Shown piece by piece: positions 1 to 10,328 of a stretch of 64,000 nt of DNA. Numbering within the stretch: the first letter of the stretch is position 1; every line of letters starts with the position of its first letter. The DNA comes from Candidatus Methanophagales archaeon (GTDB taxonomy: Archaea; Halobacteriota; Syntropharchaeia; Alkanophagales; Methanospirareceae): NCBI GenBank assembly GCA_030602585.1, contig JAUVZJ010000003.1, positions 5,047-69,046 on the forward strand, given 5' to 3'. The notes beneath the pieces were generated by a model, which saw nothing but the letters and a program-made list of their open reading frames with translations, searched no databases and had not been told where the DNA came from. The position numbers and the translations under genes are program-made.

Positions 1-94
1 TGAGTAAGAGAAGAGCATTATATTAGAAGTGATAGGTGTTCAAGAACTGGTGGGTGTGTATCGGAAGTGCTAAACTATACCTATCGGATGAAGG

Positions 95-889
95 GTGAAA
101 AACATGCTACGAAGAAATCCGTATCTCATCTCTGCTACTTACTTGCTTCTGGTTACCTGCGCGGAGCTGTTGATAATTTACGATCCGAAAGCAGGTATCG
201 CATTACATGCTATCATCCTGTTCGCACTGCTTCTCCATTCCGCGTTGGAATACGATACGGATAAAAATTTATCGAAATTTCTTATGGCTTTTGTTCTCGC
301 TCCACTTATCCGAATACTGAGCTTATCAATGCCGCTTGTTCAGTTCAGCTGGCTCTCCAGGTTCATGCTCATTTCCATACCGATATTCATTGCAATCTTT
401 ACCTGCATGTGGTTGCAAGAGCTCCGTCCAAAGGACGTCGGGCTTTTTACGCCTCATTTAAGAAACACACCAATTGAGGCGGGTGTGATTCTCCTCGCCA
501 TACCTTTTGGAATATTGGAATATCAAATATTGAAACCTGCTCCTTTGCTGGGGTTAGCGTCAGCGTCAGGGTCAGGAGCCATGAATTTTATCGCGGTTTC
601 GCTAATTTTCATCGTATGCACGGGTTTCACAGAGGAATTCGCATTCAGAGGCTTACTCCAATATAACGCAATAAGATTGATGAGTAAATGGAGCGGGATT
701 ATTTTTGTAGCGACTGTTTTCGGTGTGCTTCACGTTGGCAATCTCGCTATTTTGGATTGTCTGCTTGCTTTCTCTGTCGGATTCATCTATTCAATTGTGC
801 GAGAAAAAACAGGTTCGATATACGGAATAAGCGTTTCGCACGGTATTATTAATACTGTTCTGTTTCTTGTTGCACCTCTTTATTTTTAA
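95..889 (+). CDS. CPBP (CAAX/Abi-family) intramembrane metalloprotease
   Basis: Multi-TM ORF with EEFAFRG, FGVLH and SHGIIN motifs; start may be ATG 104. Confidence 0.85.
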   Translation: MKNMLRRNPYLISATYLLLVTCAELLIIYDPKAGIALHAIILFALLLHSALEYDTDKNLSKFLMAFVLAPLIRILSLSMPLVQFSWLSRFMLISIPIFIAIFTCMWLQELRPKDVGLFTPHLRNTPIEAGVILLAIPFGILEYQILKPAPLLGLASASGSGAMNFIAVSLIFIVCTGFTEEFAFRGLLQYNAIRLMSKWSGIIFVATVFGVLHVGNLAILDCLLAFSVGFIYSIVREKTGSIYGISVSHGIINTVLFLVAPLYF

Positions 890-1274
890 TCATCTCATCG
901 TATTCATAAGAAAAATCGCGTGATAACAAATGTAAAGAGAAATTGACGCTGTATTTTTTCACCGTGTTTGCAGGTATTATTATTTCTTCGTGAGCGTCAC
1001 CGCCGTCATTCCACCTTATTGATACGTCTGTATCACCTGAATTATTTAGCGTCACGGTATAGCTGCCGGCAATGCTTGCATGCCATAAATCCACATGTAT
1101 CTCATAATCTGTTAGCTCACAGCCGAGACCGTTTATCTGTATCGCATATTTTTCAATCTCATCACTCGCTAACCTCAATGCAGATGCAGAGTCGAGGTTA
1201 AGCATGAAAACAAAAGGTGTTGCTGTTGCTATTGCAAAGATAAATAAAAACAGCCAGTATTTCTTTTTTTCCAT
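849..1274 (-). CDS. Hypothetical protein with N-terminal membrane anchor
   Basis: 141-aa ORF, hydrophobic N-terminus, co-oriented with exosortase cluster. Confidence 0.6.
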   Translation of the reverse strand: MEKKKYWLFLFIFAIATATPFVFMLNLDSASALRLASDEIEKYAIQINGLGCELTDYEIHVDLWHASIAGSYTVTLNNSGDTDVSIRWNDGGDAHEEIIIPANTVKKYSVNFSLHLLSRDFSYEYDEMIKNKEVQQETEQY

Positions 1275-1312
1275 TTCTCACCGCTTTCCTTTCATTATTA
1301 TATTATATATCG

Positions 1313-2194
1313 TTATTCCATATTCTTTATTATTTGTGGATAGAAGATAATTGCCAGAAGTGCAAGAAATAGCAATACGATTGCCACTTTGCCGGTGACC
1401 GAACCAGAAGCGAGGAGTGTAAAAAGAACTGGGTCTTCCTTTTGTAGCTCAAACATGCAGGGTATGGTATCAGCCATGAACTCCTTTGTTATATTGATAA
1501 TTGCATCGTAAGAGCCTTCGGTAGGTGCGAGTGCTGATACACGAATCATGGTAACGGTATTTGAGGCAAAGGGGTTATCCTTCACGTAGAAATAGAGAAC
1601 TACCCTTCGCTCTGTAACCTTTCCACCTTCTTTTGGTTCCTTTACGACAATGAGCTTCTTGGCTGAAATTGTTTCGTTGAAATATACGCTCTCTTTCGCC
1701 TTTGCCTTCTCCTTCCAGGTAGCGTATAAAGGCTCTTCTGCCCAGCTTACATTCTGCACAGGTATCATCTCTTTGCCTTCTTCCTCTATCGTATAGCCCA
1801 TTGCCGGATAACAGACGGGTGGAGGATGAAAGCTTGAGCGGTTATTTGATTGTATGATGAGGAAGAACACTGGCTGGTATAATCCCGGATGCGAATAAGC
1901 ACGCATGAGCATCACGTCCGCACCGAGGCGTTCTGCAACCCCTGTCGTGTTGTAATCCGACCCTCTCCAATCGCCGATTTTATTTGGAAATGCGCGCATG
2001 TGTTCGTTGTTCCCGAAATCCAGCTTCGCTCTAACAGGTGTTGCATCCTTCGATGCATGCGAGAGCTCGGTGTCTATCGTGGTGATAGATTCGGCAATTA
2101 GCATAGAAGGCGTTGAAAGAAGTATGATAATCATGAAAGAGAGTAAAAGAAGTCCGATAATACTGCAATATTCCTCGAAGAAACTTCTTCTCAT
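1313..2194 (-). CDS. epsI: EpsI-family exosortase-associated protein
   Basis: W-x-G-x-D, LGAD..L.R.Y and FHPPPVCYPAMGY motifs; N- and C-terminal TM; directly follows exosortase; start reset to ATG 2194 after GGGGGTGAGG RBS. Confidence 0.75.
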   Translation of the reverse strand: MRRSFFEEYCSIIGLLLLSFMIIILLSTPSMLIAESITTIDTELSHASKDATPVRAKLDFGNNEHMRAFPNKIGDWRGSDYNTTGVAERLGADVMLMRAYSHPGLYQPVFFLIIQSNNRSSFHPPPVCYPAMGYTIEEEGKEMIPVQNVSWAEEPLYATWKEKAKAKESVYFNETISAKKLIVVKEPKEGGKVTERRVVLYFYVKDNPFASNTVTMIRVSALAPTEGSYDAIINITKEFMADTIPCMFELQKEDPVLFTLLASGSVTGKVAIVLLFLALLAIIFYPQIIKNME

Positions 2195-2222
2195 TTCATA
2201 CCTCACCCCCTGAGACCATGAC

Positions 2223-3053
2223 TTAGCGTTTAACCTTACATCCAATAGTTATACTGACGAGTATCAAAAATATAAATGCAGTGATGATGAGAAAAGGACT
2301 GGAGAAGGTATGGAAGAACTTCATTGCGGCTTCTGCACCATAAGTATTGGCAACGAGCAGTATTGCGACAATCCTGAATATGTTGGCGCCAATTGCAATC
2401 GGAACTGCGGCACAGAAGAGAACCGCTTTTTTGGACGTGTGGCATCTTAGAACGTAAATAAGGATTGCTGCCATTGCCAGTAGCGAAATCAACGTATTCA
2501 TGCCGCTGCACGGCAGTCCGATGATAAAAGCAGCATTTTGCAGGTGTATCTCCGCTCCTATCCTTTCAACTGGAATCCCAACCAGTTCGATGATTGATGT
2601 CGAATAGCGTACTGAGAAGGATTGCAGAACAAAAGTGACTTTTTTCAGGATTGATAGTGGTAATGGGATAGCAAAGATGAGGAAGGATACAGGGAATAGA
2701 AAAGAACGCATCAGGGGTTTTCCATAAAAATAAAGGATTAATCCGCTTGCGGTGAATAAGAACGAGAGCGCGGATAAGAATGGGAAGAGTTTGATATATC
2801 CGACAGTGTAAAGAAGAAGACCGAAAGCGAAGATGAAGATTCCGTGTTTAAAAGGCTCGGGTTCGAACTCGCTCTCCTTATTATGTTTACGGATAATTAT
2901 CCATGCGATAGCGCCAGAGATAATTGGAATCAAGAACCCGTGAGAATAGTAGGGGTCTGTCAACCAAACATTAATTAACCATGTAAAAGTGCGAAAATAT
3001 AAGAGGGATAAGAGGAGTGCGATAAAAATCAGCGTCTTAGTCATGTACTTCAC
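2223..3053 (-). CDS. Exosortase/archaeosortase family protein
   Basis: 8-TM protein with DPYYSHG, PCSGMN (catalytic Cys), NIFR (Arg) and FFH. Confidence 0.9.
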   Translation of the reverse strand: MKYMTKTLIFIALLLSLLYFRTFTWLINVWLTDPYYSHGFLIPIISGAIAWIIIRKHNKESEFEPEPFKHGIFIFAFGLLLYTVGYIKLFPFLSALSFLFTASGLILYFYGKPLMRSFLFPVSFLIFAIPLPLSILKKVTFVLQSFSVRYSTSIIELVGIPVERIGAEIHLQNAAFIIGLPCSGMNTLISLLAMAAILIYVLRCHTSKKAVLFCAAVPIAIGANIFRIVAILLVANTYGAEAAMKFFHTFSSPFLIITAFIFLILVSITIGCKVKR

Positions 3054-3059
3054 TTTATC

Positions 3060-4469
3060 TTATGTTCTATTTGTTCTCTTCTTTGTTAGTAAAACGTATC
3101 CGGCGAGTGCGATTAAGCCTGTGGAGAACAGGATGAACGTAGGAAGTTCTGGCACCGGCGCTAAAATCCCTGCTACCGTAGCTGAATCTATGGCATCCAC
3201 AGCAGTATTGTATGTGTTCTCGCCAGCTCCTGTCTTGTCAAGGACGATGTCATATTCTGTGCAGGTAGCTGGTGCCTCTGATAGTATAGGCCATACCCGC
3301 AGAGACAAATTGTTGCCATTAGCATCAGTGGTCACAGACTCTTGCGATTCTGAGGGGTCATTTTCAGGCACAAGGGCATCGTTCTCACCTACTGGGTTTG
3401 GTTGTATCCATACATTATAATCCGTGCTTGGTGAAAGCCCCAACGCCTTTATATAGACATCGTCACCAGGTACAAACGAATCCTTTTCCGTCCCTCCAGC
3501 GTCGCATGAGATCACCTTCTTTGGCAGGTCAAATTCCGAGTGAAGTGACCAATATTCGATATTGCATTCCCCCCATTTTATCCTGAACCAGCCGTTTTCT
3601 CCCCAACCTGAGCCCCAGCTATTCTTACATATCCAGCACTGTTCCGTGTCATTCCAGCCAACTATGGCGACACAGTGTCCACCAACAGGATCTCCCCAGA
3701 CATATTCATAGACGCCTCCTGTGTAGCCGAAAAAGTCCTCATAGACATCAAAGCCAGTCACCAGAGGCCGGTATTGCAAATATGCTTTTACCTCCTCTAT
3801 TGTTGGCGTTTCCGTTGGGTCAACCCAGCCCCAGCTTGTGATATTCCACATTCTTCCTCCACAATAAGGGCAGGCATTCCCACAAGGAATAGTATCATCT
3901 GCCAGATATGAGAAACAAGCATCATCGGTTGTTCCGGTATCCCTCAGGAAATTCATGGTACTGTGTAAATCCCACCCCTCACAATCACCCTCACTGCATG
4001 ACAACATATACTGCTCTGAAAGGTCTGTATTTACAGTTGGTTCATTTGCCGCAATATCTATCTGCGCCTCCAAAGCAGCCAGTGCGCCGAAAGCCCAGCA
4101 GCTTCCACAACTTCCCTGGTCTTTTATCGAAGTCGTCCAATCCCCGCCATTGTTCCGCCAGTCAAATGAGCTTGGTTGCCCCACAGGTATTATCTTTTCT
4201 TCTTCCACCGCCGCCACCTGAAACGCTTTTTGATCTTTTGGAGCAAACTTTAAACCACATAATCGCTTCTTCTCTTCTGAAGAAAGCCCAGAAACGGATG
4301 TTTCACCTGCGGTCCAATTAGCGCCCTTTTCTTTTATTGCTTTTTGTATTTCAGCCAATTTTGCTTCTTTTGTAGCACTCGCAACCGTTGTAAAAGCTAC
4401 AAATAAGAAGATAACCAGAACTGCAATTGATACTATCTTATGCAACCTGCTTTGTGTCATGGTCTTCAC
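3060..4469 (-). CDS. Secreted papain-family (C1A) cysteine protease with VPEL-CTERM sorting signal
   Basis: QGSCGSCWAFG, GGHCVAIVG, WICKNSWG; C-terminal VPELPTFILFSTGL..TM..KKR. Confidence 0.9.
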   Translation of the reverse strand: MKTMTQSRLHKIVSIAVLVIFLFVAFTTVASATKEAKLAEIQKAIKEKGANWTAGETSVSGLSSEEKKRLCGLKFAPKDQKAFQVAAVEEEKIIPVGQPSSFDWRNNGGDWTTSIKDQGSCGSCWAFGALAALEAQIDIAANEPTVNTDLSEQYMLSCSEGDCEGWDLHSTMNFLRDTGTTDDACFSYLADDTIPCGNACPYCGGRMWNITSWGWVDPTETPTIEEVKAYLQYRPLVTGFDVYEDFFGYTGGVYEYVWGDPVGGHCVAIVGWNDTEQCWICKNSWGSGWGENGWFRIKWGECNIEYWSLHSEFDLPKKVISCDAGGTEKDSFVPGDDVYIKALGLSPSTDYNVWIQPNPVGENDALVPENDPSESQESVTTDANGNNLSLRVWPILSEAPATCTEYDIVLDKTGAGENTYNTAVDAIDSATVAGILAPVPELPTFILFSTGLIALAGYVLLTKKRTNRT

Positions 4470-5173
4470 CTTTTGAATTTGTCACCCCCTCTTAGCTTTA
4501 AATTCTTTCTTCCCAACCCAACATACCCAGCAAGTGCGAGTAAACCGGTTGAGAACAGGATGAGCGTGCTGAGTTCGGGGACTGGGTAGCCGGGGTCTGA
4601 GGGGGGAGTGGTAAGAGTGGAAGGTTTATCCGCAGAATAATAAATCCAAATTGTATCTGTGGAAGACCAAGATATTCTAACTGCTAATCTCTCGCCAGTT
4701 GCAAAGTCTTGACTTCCCACTGGAGAACAAGTGATGTCCGTCTCCGTCTGTCCGCTTATAGTGGTATTGCTTCCAGTGGCTATATGCGTTGGAGTACCAT
4801 CTGGAGCAACTTTATAGACATCAGCCGTAATAGTTTCACCAACTTCTCCAACGACATCCATTTTATCGTGATAGAGGTGTGCACTCCAACTACCCATTCC
4901 AAATGATAGACCACATTCCGCTGCATGCTCAGCATACCACCACATGGTTTTATCAGAAGCAAAGGCAACATGATCATCGGTGGTCTGAGTTTTGCTCATG
5001 ATTTTATCATGGTGATGCGTTGTGCCATCATTTGCTGGAGTTCCCGTATAACTGGTAGGTGTTAAATACCACGTCTGCTCACCCTGTGCCCCCACCACCT
5101 GCACACTCGCGAACACCAACATCCCCAATACCAAAACCCCAATCAATCCTCTATTCGTGTGCATAATATTCAT
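4466..5173 (-). CDS. Surface protein with VPEL-CTERM (PEF/PEP-CTERM-like) sorting signal
   Basis: Signal peptide; C-terminal PVPELSTLILFSTGLLALAGY..GRK. Confidence 0.8.
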   Translation of the reverse strand: MNIMHTNRGLIGVLVLGMLVFASVQVVGAQGEQTWYLTPTSYTGTPANDGTTHHHDKIMSKTQTTDDHVAFASDKTMWWYAEHAAECGLSFGMGSWSAHLYHDKMDVVGEVGETITADVYKVAPDGTPTHIATGSNTTISGQTETDITCSPVGSQDFATGERLAVRISWSSTDTIWIYYSADKPSTLTTPPSDPGYPVPELSTLILFSTGLLALAGYVGLGRKNLKLRGGDKFKR

Positions 5174-5283
5174 GTGAATTTGCTTAGTTGATTATCCCTT
5201 TAAAAGGTTTTCGATTTTTCTCGATGAAAAGTGAAGAAAGAAGCTGGAATATCTATTATTCAAAGAAGGTGCAGCCACATGCC

Positions 5284-5835
5284 TTATCGAGAACTCCATC
5301 TCTGGATAGACATCCAATAAAAACCGAACGTCAACAGGATGGATATGCCAATCCATTCGGAAACAAAAGCGTATGAAAGTCCTGAGCCTGAGGAGAGCGA
5401 ATAAGTCCTGATAAACGCACCGAAAAAGAAATCAAGCCAGTGCTCTTCTACTATACCCTGCGGAAAATCAAATCCAAAGAAGGGATAAAACAATGTCTCT
5501 GGCATGAGCCACATCTGGTCTTCGCAAAGATGAATAAAAGAAGCAAAGCAGAGAACAAAGCCTCCTATTTCTCCGCTTCGCTTGTATTTATATCTATAAA
5601 TATAAAAGCCGATGAGTAACAATATAAAAGTAAAGAGGAGCGTATGAGCAAATAATCTGCCATTTGAAAGAGAATCTGCCAGCAAAATTTCTCCTACCGG
5701 CTTGTCTATTAAATCCGGGAGGATAGCACCTACGAGGACAAAGAGATAAAATCTGCGATTTGGCTTGATTTTTAACACACGTAAAAGCAGAACTGCAATT
5801 CCCAGCGTTATTCCCAGGTGTCCAAAAAGAAACAT
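5284..5835 (-). CDS. Membrane metal-dependent hydrolase (YdjM-like)
   Basis: GHLG, LPDLIDK, RLFAHT, HLCED motifs. Confidence 0.8.
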   Translation of the reverse strand: MFLFGHLGITLGIAVLLLRVLKIKPNRRFYLFVLVGAILPDLIDKPVGEILLADSLSNGRLFAHTLLFTFILLLIGFYIYRYKYKRSGEIGGFVLCFASFIHLCEDQMWLMPETLFYPFFGFDFPQGIVEEHWLDFFFGAFIRTYSLSSGSGLSYAFVSEWIGISILLTFGFYWMSIQRWSSR

Positions 5836-5921
5836 GTTTGATTACCTTCATCAAATGAAGTTATCAGATTTAAAATTACCGCATCGTTCTTTGCCTCACG
5901 AAAACATTTGAAACCATGCTA

Positions 5922-6005
5922 TGCGGGGGGCGTGATTTGAACACGCGGACTCCTACGAGACAGGGTCCTAAGCCCTGCGCCTTTTCCTAACTCAGCAACC
6001 CCCGC
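5922..6005 (-). tRNA. tRNA-Leu (anticodon TAG), no encoded CCA
   Basis: Acceptor stem GCGGGGG/CCCCCGC + discriminator A; anticodon loop CTTAGGA; long variable arm; T-loop TTCAAAT; 84 nt. Confidence 0.95.
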
Positions 6006-6451
6006 TTCTCTTTTCTCTCCACCCTTATCTCATCTATCCACGTATGCGGGTAATTTCCCGTTTCGTCCTTCTCCACCGATTTCACCATGTCCCAAATTGT
6101 CAGCAATGCCACACTCACACCATGCAGTGCATCCATTTCCACACCTGTTTTTCCAACGGATTTCACAGATACCGCCGCTTTTATATCGCCTTCACCCTCA
6201 CTTATCGAGAATTCAACATTTACGCCTTCGATACTTATTGGATGGCATAGAGGAATCATATCAGGCGTTTTTTTCACCGCTAATATCGCCGCAGTTTCGG
6301 CACACCTGAGCACGTCCCCCTTCTTTATTGTCCCACTTTTTATCTTCTCCACAGTGCTGCTCTTCAATTTTATCCTGCCCGAAGCTACTGCTACTCGCAC
6401 GACATCTTCTTTATCGCTTATGTCCACCATGCTCACGCTTTGCTGATGCAT
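5987..6451 (-). CDS. moaC: Cyclic pyranopterin monophosphate synthase MoaC
   Basis: MVDISDK, KKGDVL, IPLCHP, TGVEMDAL, IWDMVKSVEK. Confidence 0.95.
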   Translation of the reverse strand: MHQQSVSMVDISDKEDVVRVAVASGRIKLKSSTVEKIKSGTIKKGDVLRCAETAAILAVKKTPDMIPLCHPISIEGVNVEFSISEGEGDIKAAVSVKSVGKTGVEMDALHGVSVALLTIWDMVKSVEKDETGNYPHTWIDEIRVERKEKRGLLS

Positions 6452-6464
6452 TGTTCAGTTCACA

Positions 6465-6674
6465 TCAAGGTGGCCAGACACCGTAATATATCTCCAGCCC
6501 TATTATCACGACACCAATAAACACGCCTATGAGAAATACCGTCTTCGGCGACATCTTAACCGCAGACTCCTCTACGTCGTAATATCGCATCAAGCCCGCA
6601 GAGGACATAAGCCCACGCTCTTCTCCTCTACCTCCTCCTTTCTTCGCTTTCTTCGTTGCTTTTCCTTTTGCCAT
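6465..6674 (-). CDS. secG: Preprotein translocase subunit Sec61beta/SecG
   Basis: LMSSAGLMRYY..KMSPK + single C-terminal TM; start reset to MAKGK. Confidence 0.9.
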   Translation of the reverse strand: MAKGKATKKAKKGGGRGEERGLMSSAGLMRYYDVEESAVKMSPKTVFLIGVFIGVVIIGLEIYYGVWPP

Positions 6675-6755
6675 AAATAATCTACCAGTTATTTTACTAT
6701 GCATTCATAAATGTAAAAACTATTATAAAGATATATGAGCAAATAAAGAAGAGAG

Positions 6756-7046
6756 GTGAACGAAATGGTAGTATCCTTTGAAGAAGCTGCAAAAATGCTT
6801 GAAATAAAAAAAGAGAAGCTTGCGGAAGAAGGGTTAAAAGCGTATTCGAGAGAGAGACTTCGTGAGCTAAGGGCGGAAATTACGGCAATCTATCTAAGAT
6901 ATGGAGTACCCTCTCTTGAGGAGTTCGACGAGAAGATTAACAGAGGTGAATTGAACGAAAGCGATACGTTTGATGATTTCACCAAGCTTGATTATTTGGA
7001 GTGTGAGGAGGAGAAGCTAAGAAAAATCCTGGAGGAATTAAAGTAA
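6756..7046 (+). CDS. Putative antitoxin partner of the DUF6516-like gene
   Basis: Small acidic helical ORF, 1 nt from downstream gene; resembles 50270..50545 (FE.K...G.L....F). Confidence 0.55.
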   Translation: MNEMVVSFEEAAKMLEIKKEKLAEEGLKAYSRERLRELRAEITAIYLRYGVPSLEEFDEKINRGELNESDTFDDFTKLDYLECEEEKLRKILEELK

Positions 7047-7047
7047 A

Positions 7048-7404
7048 GTGATCTACAGTGAACTGATTGAGATTGCAGAAAAAGAGTTTCCTGATGTTGT
7101 TCTTCACGCGCAAATTATTACAGAAAAACTTCGTTTACACATCGTGGATGAAAGCTATCTGGACATTTGGTTCTCCAAGAGGATAAAAGGAAGGTTTGCC
7201 TATCACTGGGAAAGGAGAGGGGTAGATGGCAGGGTTTATAGGTATGATAATCGTCCTCATGAAGAATTAAAGCACATGAGATGCTTTCCCAAACACTTTC
7301 ATAATGGAAGTGATGAGAAAATAATAGAAAGTGAGTTCAGCGAAGATCCGAAAGAAGTTTTGAGAGAGTTCTTACGAATCGTTAGGGTGAAAATTCATCA
7401 ATAA
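7048..7404 (+). CDS. DUF6516/TumE-like putative toxin
   Basis: LRLHIVDESYLDIW, YHW, RYDNRPH, FPKHFHNG. Confidence 0.65.
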   Translation: MIYSELIEIAEKEFPDVVLHAQIITEKLRLHIVDESYLDIWFSKRIKGRFAYHWERRGVDGRVYRYDNRPHEELKHMRCFPKHFHNGSDEKIIESEFSEDPKEVLREFLRIVRVKIHQ

Positions 7405-7421
7405 ATGGTGTCCGCTAACGC

Positions 7422-9863
7422 CTAACTAATTATTACCACTTTTACTTCCGTGCCTTCAACATCAATAATATCACCCTCGCTGCTTTTAATTTCACTCATA
7501 CTTTTGCACAGCTCCACCTTCGTTGCCGTCGCATTCTCTATATCCGCGGTATCCAGACTTTCCGCATCTACGTATATCTCTATTTTACCCAGCGGTGCAC
7601 TTAGCGGAATACCACGCTCAGATTTGTATCTTCTGACTGCCCGGGCAATATCAGCGATTAAGTCTCCCTCCTTCTCCGCTTCTGAGTCAATCATATCCGG
7701 CTTTACCTCCAGCCATTTCGCCTTATGCACGCTCTTTTCTCTTTCTCCTTTTGCGATGTAGGAATGCATCTCTTCGGCATAAAAAGGAATGAAAGGTGCA
7801 AGCAGTTTAGAAAGCGTATCGAGCGTCTCATACAATGCATATTTAGCGGATTCCTTATCTTCCTCCCCCGACCGTCCATATAACCTCGACTTTACCAGTT
7901 CAACGTAATCATCTGCAAGCACGTTCCATGCAAATGCTCTTATATCCTTCATCGCCTCGTCGAACTTGAAGTTCTCCATCGAGTCCGTCACCGACAGGAT
8001 GAGCTTGTTCAGTTTCGAGAGCAGCCATTTATCAACAACGCGTAGATTTGCCTTCCCTTCTTCGTATTCATAATCCGATAGGTGAATCATAGAGAATCTG
8101 AGAATGCTCCAGAGTTTTTGCATGAATTTACTCGCGGCTACTATATCCTTCCACCGGAATTGCACGTCTGAGCCTACCGCACCGCCAATTGCCGCCCACT
8201 GCCTGAAAACATCCGCACCGTGTTTTTGGATCACCTCGTTTGGTGAAATAACGTTATTTCTCGATTTGCTCATCTTATACCCATCCTCACCCAATACCAT
8301 CCCGTTTATTATGATGCTACGCCAGGGTATTTTCTTGGTAAGAGCGAGAGAGCGAAGGATGGAGTAAAAAGCCCACGTTCTTATGATGTCATGTCCCTGT
8401 GGTCTCAGTTCTACGGGTTCATATTCAATTCCTGACGATGCGTTGAGGTCCCATCCAGCCGCCCAGAGCGCGGTTAGCGAAGAGTCCATCCACGTATCTA
8501 ACACGTCTTTCTCACCCTCGAATTCTGCACCGCCGCAATTAACACAGGGCGCATTCGGGCTTGTCATCAAAGGGTCCACGGGTACTTCGTCTTTCTCGGC
8601 AACCTTCACGGCACCACATCTTTTGCAATACCAAACAGGAATAGGCACGCTGAAAATCCGCTGCCGCGATATACACCAGTCCCACTCCATGGATTCAACC
8701 CAATTTTTAAGTCTGATGAAGAAATGCGCCGGATACCATTTTATCTCACTCGCCGCTTCTATTATCTCATCCTTTCTCACACGCACAAACCACTGCCGCG
8801 TAGAAATGATTTCAATTGGTGTTTTACACCTCCAACAAACACCCACGTTTTGTTTCAGCCTTTCACGCTTCTTAAGCAACCCTTTTGCATTCAAATCCTC
8901 TATTATCTTCTGCTTGCATTCTTCTACGCTTAACCCCTCATATCCACTTGCTACTTCGGTCATCCGCCCTTTTTCGTCTATCGAAGCCTTTAAGGGAAGT
9001 TTATGCAATTGCCACCATCTCACATCCTGCCGGTCACCAAAAGTGCATATCATCACAACACCGGTTCCAAACTCCGGGTCAACGCTTTCATCTTCATATA
9101 CCGTCACTTTATGCTCAAATATCGGCACTTCCAGTTCCTTACCCATGATTGTCTTATACCGATCGTCATCAGGATGCACCGCAACGGCAACACAACTCGC
9201 AAGCAGTTCTGGTCTCGTAGTCGCAATCTCTACATAATCCGCTTCGTTTTCTACTCCTACCTTTCTGAACAGTACATAATTCAAATAAGCAGCTCTATCT
9301 TCATATTCCACCTCTGCAAATGCGATTGCAGTCTCACATCTCGGACACCAGTTCACAGGATGTTCTGCTTGATATATTAACCCATCATGATACATTTTTA
9401 AGAATGAAAGCTGAGTATATCTTTTGTAACGGTCGTCCATCGTAACATACTCCTTGCTCCAGTCTATGGACATGCCAAGCCTTCTCATCATTCCCTTCAT
9501 CTGCTCTATATTCCCGCTCGTAAGTTGTCTGCAAAGCTCTCGGAACTCCTGCGGGCTCACCTGATGCTTGGATATGCCGTGCGTCTCTTCTACCTTCACT
9601 TCCGTCGGCAGCCCATGACAGTCCCACCCCTGCGGAAACATCACCTCGTAACCTCGCATTCGCTTATATCGAGCGATGAAATCAATGTAGCACCAGTTTA
9701 ACGCATTACCTATGTGGAAATCACCGGTAGGGTAAGGTGGTGGCGTATCTATGATATAAGGCGGCTTATCCGAAGGCGCATCGAAATAGTATAGCGAATC
9801 GTTCCAGCTCTCCATCCACTTCTTCTCTACTATCTCCGGTTTGTATTTCTTTTCCATTCCCAT
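7422..9863 (-). CDS. valS: Valyl-tRNA synthetase (archaeal type)
   Basis: [26 protein letters not shown]. Confidence 0.97.
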   Translation of the reverse strand: MGMEKKYKPEIVEKKWMESWNDSLYYFDAPSDKPPYIIDTPPPYPTGDFHIGNALNWCYIDFIARYKRMRGYEVMFPQGWDCHGLPTEVKVEETHGISKHQVSPQEFRELCRQLTSGNIEQMKGMMRRLGMSIDWSKEYVTMDDRYKRYTQLSFLKMYHDGLIYQAEHPVNWCPRCETAIAFAEVEYEDRAAYLNYVLFRKVGVENEADYVEIATTRPELLASCVAVAVHPDDDRYKTIMGKELEVPIFEHKVTVYEDESVDPEFGTGVVMICTFGDRQDVRWWQLHKLPLKASIDEKGRMTEVASGYEGLSVEECKQKIIEDLNAKGLLKKRERLKQNVGVCWRCKTPIEIISTRQWFVRVRKDEIIEAASEIKWYPAHFFIRLKNWVESMEWDWCISRQRIFSVPIPVWYCKRCGAVKVAEKDEVPVDPLMTSPNAPCVNCGGAEFEGEKDVLDTWMDSSLTALWAAGWDLNASSGIEYEPVELRPQGHDIIRTWAFYSILRSLALTKKIPWRSIIINGMVLGEDGYKMSKSRNNVISPNEVIQKHGADVFRQWAAIGGAVGSDVQFRWKDIVAASKFMQKLWSILRFSMIHLSDYEYEEGKANLRVVDKWLLSKLNKLILSVTDSMENFKFDEAMKDIRAFAWNVLADDYVELVKSRLYGRSGEEDKESAKYALYETLDTLSKLLAPFIPFYAEEMHSYIAKGEREKSVHKAKWLEVKPDMIDSEAEKEGDLIADIARAVRRYKSERGIPLSAPLGKIEIYVDAESLDTADIENATATKVELCKSMSEIKSSEGDIIDVEGTEVKVVIIS

Positions 9864-9934
9864 GCGCTCTTTGAATCTCCCCTATTAAGATTACTTTATT
9901 TGCTTTTAAAGATTGTATATATTTTTGAAGAGCT

Positions 9935-10306
9935 ATGCGAAAGATACTCAGCAAACCGCAAAAAGAATATAAGCAGTGCATGGTAATCCGAGAAGATTTG
10001 AAGCTTTCAAAGGGTAAGGCAGCAGTGCAAGCCGCTCATGCTTCTATATTGAGCTATGAACTCGCTTCTATGCGTGATAGAAAGAGTTGGAAAGAGCAGG
10101 GTCAGAAGAAAGTCGCTCTGAAAGTGCATAGCCTTGAAGAGCTATACAGCGTACGCGATGACGCTGAGAAGCTGGATCTGCCGTGTGCAATTGTGGAAGA
10201 TGCAGGGCTTACCGAAATTCCACCGGGAACGGTGACTGCCCTTGGAATAGGGCCTGCACGCGCTGACGAGATAGATAAGGTAACTAAAGATCTGGAACTG
10301 TTTTAA
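9935..10306 (+). CDS. pth2: Peptidyl-tRNA hydrolase Pth2
   Basis: GKAAVQAAHA, DAGLTEIPPGT.T.LGIGP. Confidence 0.95.
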   Translation: MRKILSKPQKEYKQCMVIREDLKLSKGKAAVQAAHASILSYELASMRDRKSWKEQGQKKVALKVHSLEELYSVRDDAEKLDLPCAIVEDAGLTEIPPGTVTALGIGPARADEIDKVTKDLELF

Positions 10307-10328
10307 TGGTGGGGGGTGGACGAACGGC

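Noticed and set aside
5922-6005. tRNA-Leu as an integration site
   Set aside because: No duplicated tRNA 3' end or integrase found in the window.
8383-9237. 284-aa plus-strand ORF and other long shadow ORFs (14551, 20714, 56389)
   Set aside because: Antisense to well-supported genes; no motifs; composition reflects the opposite strand.
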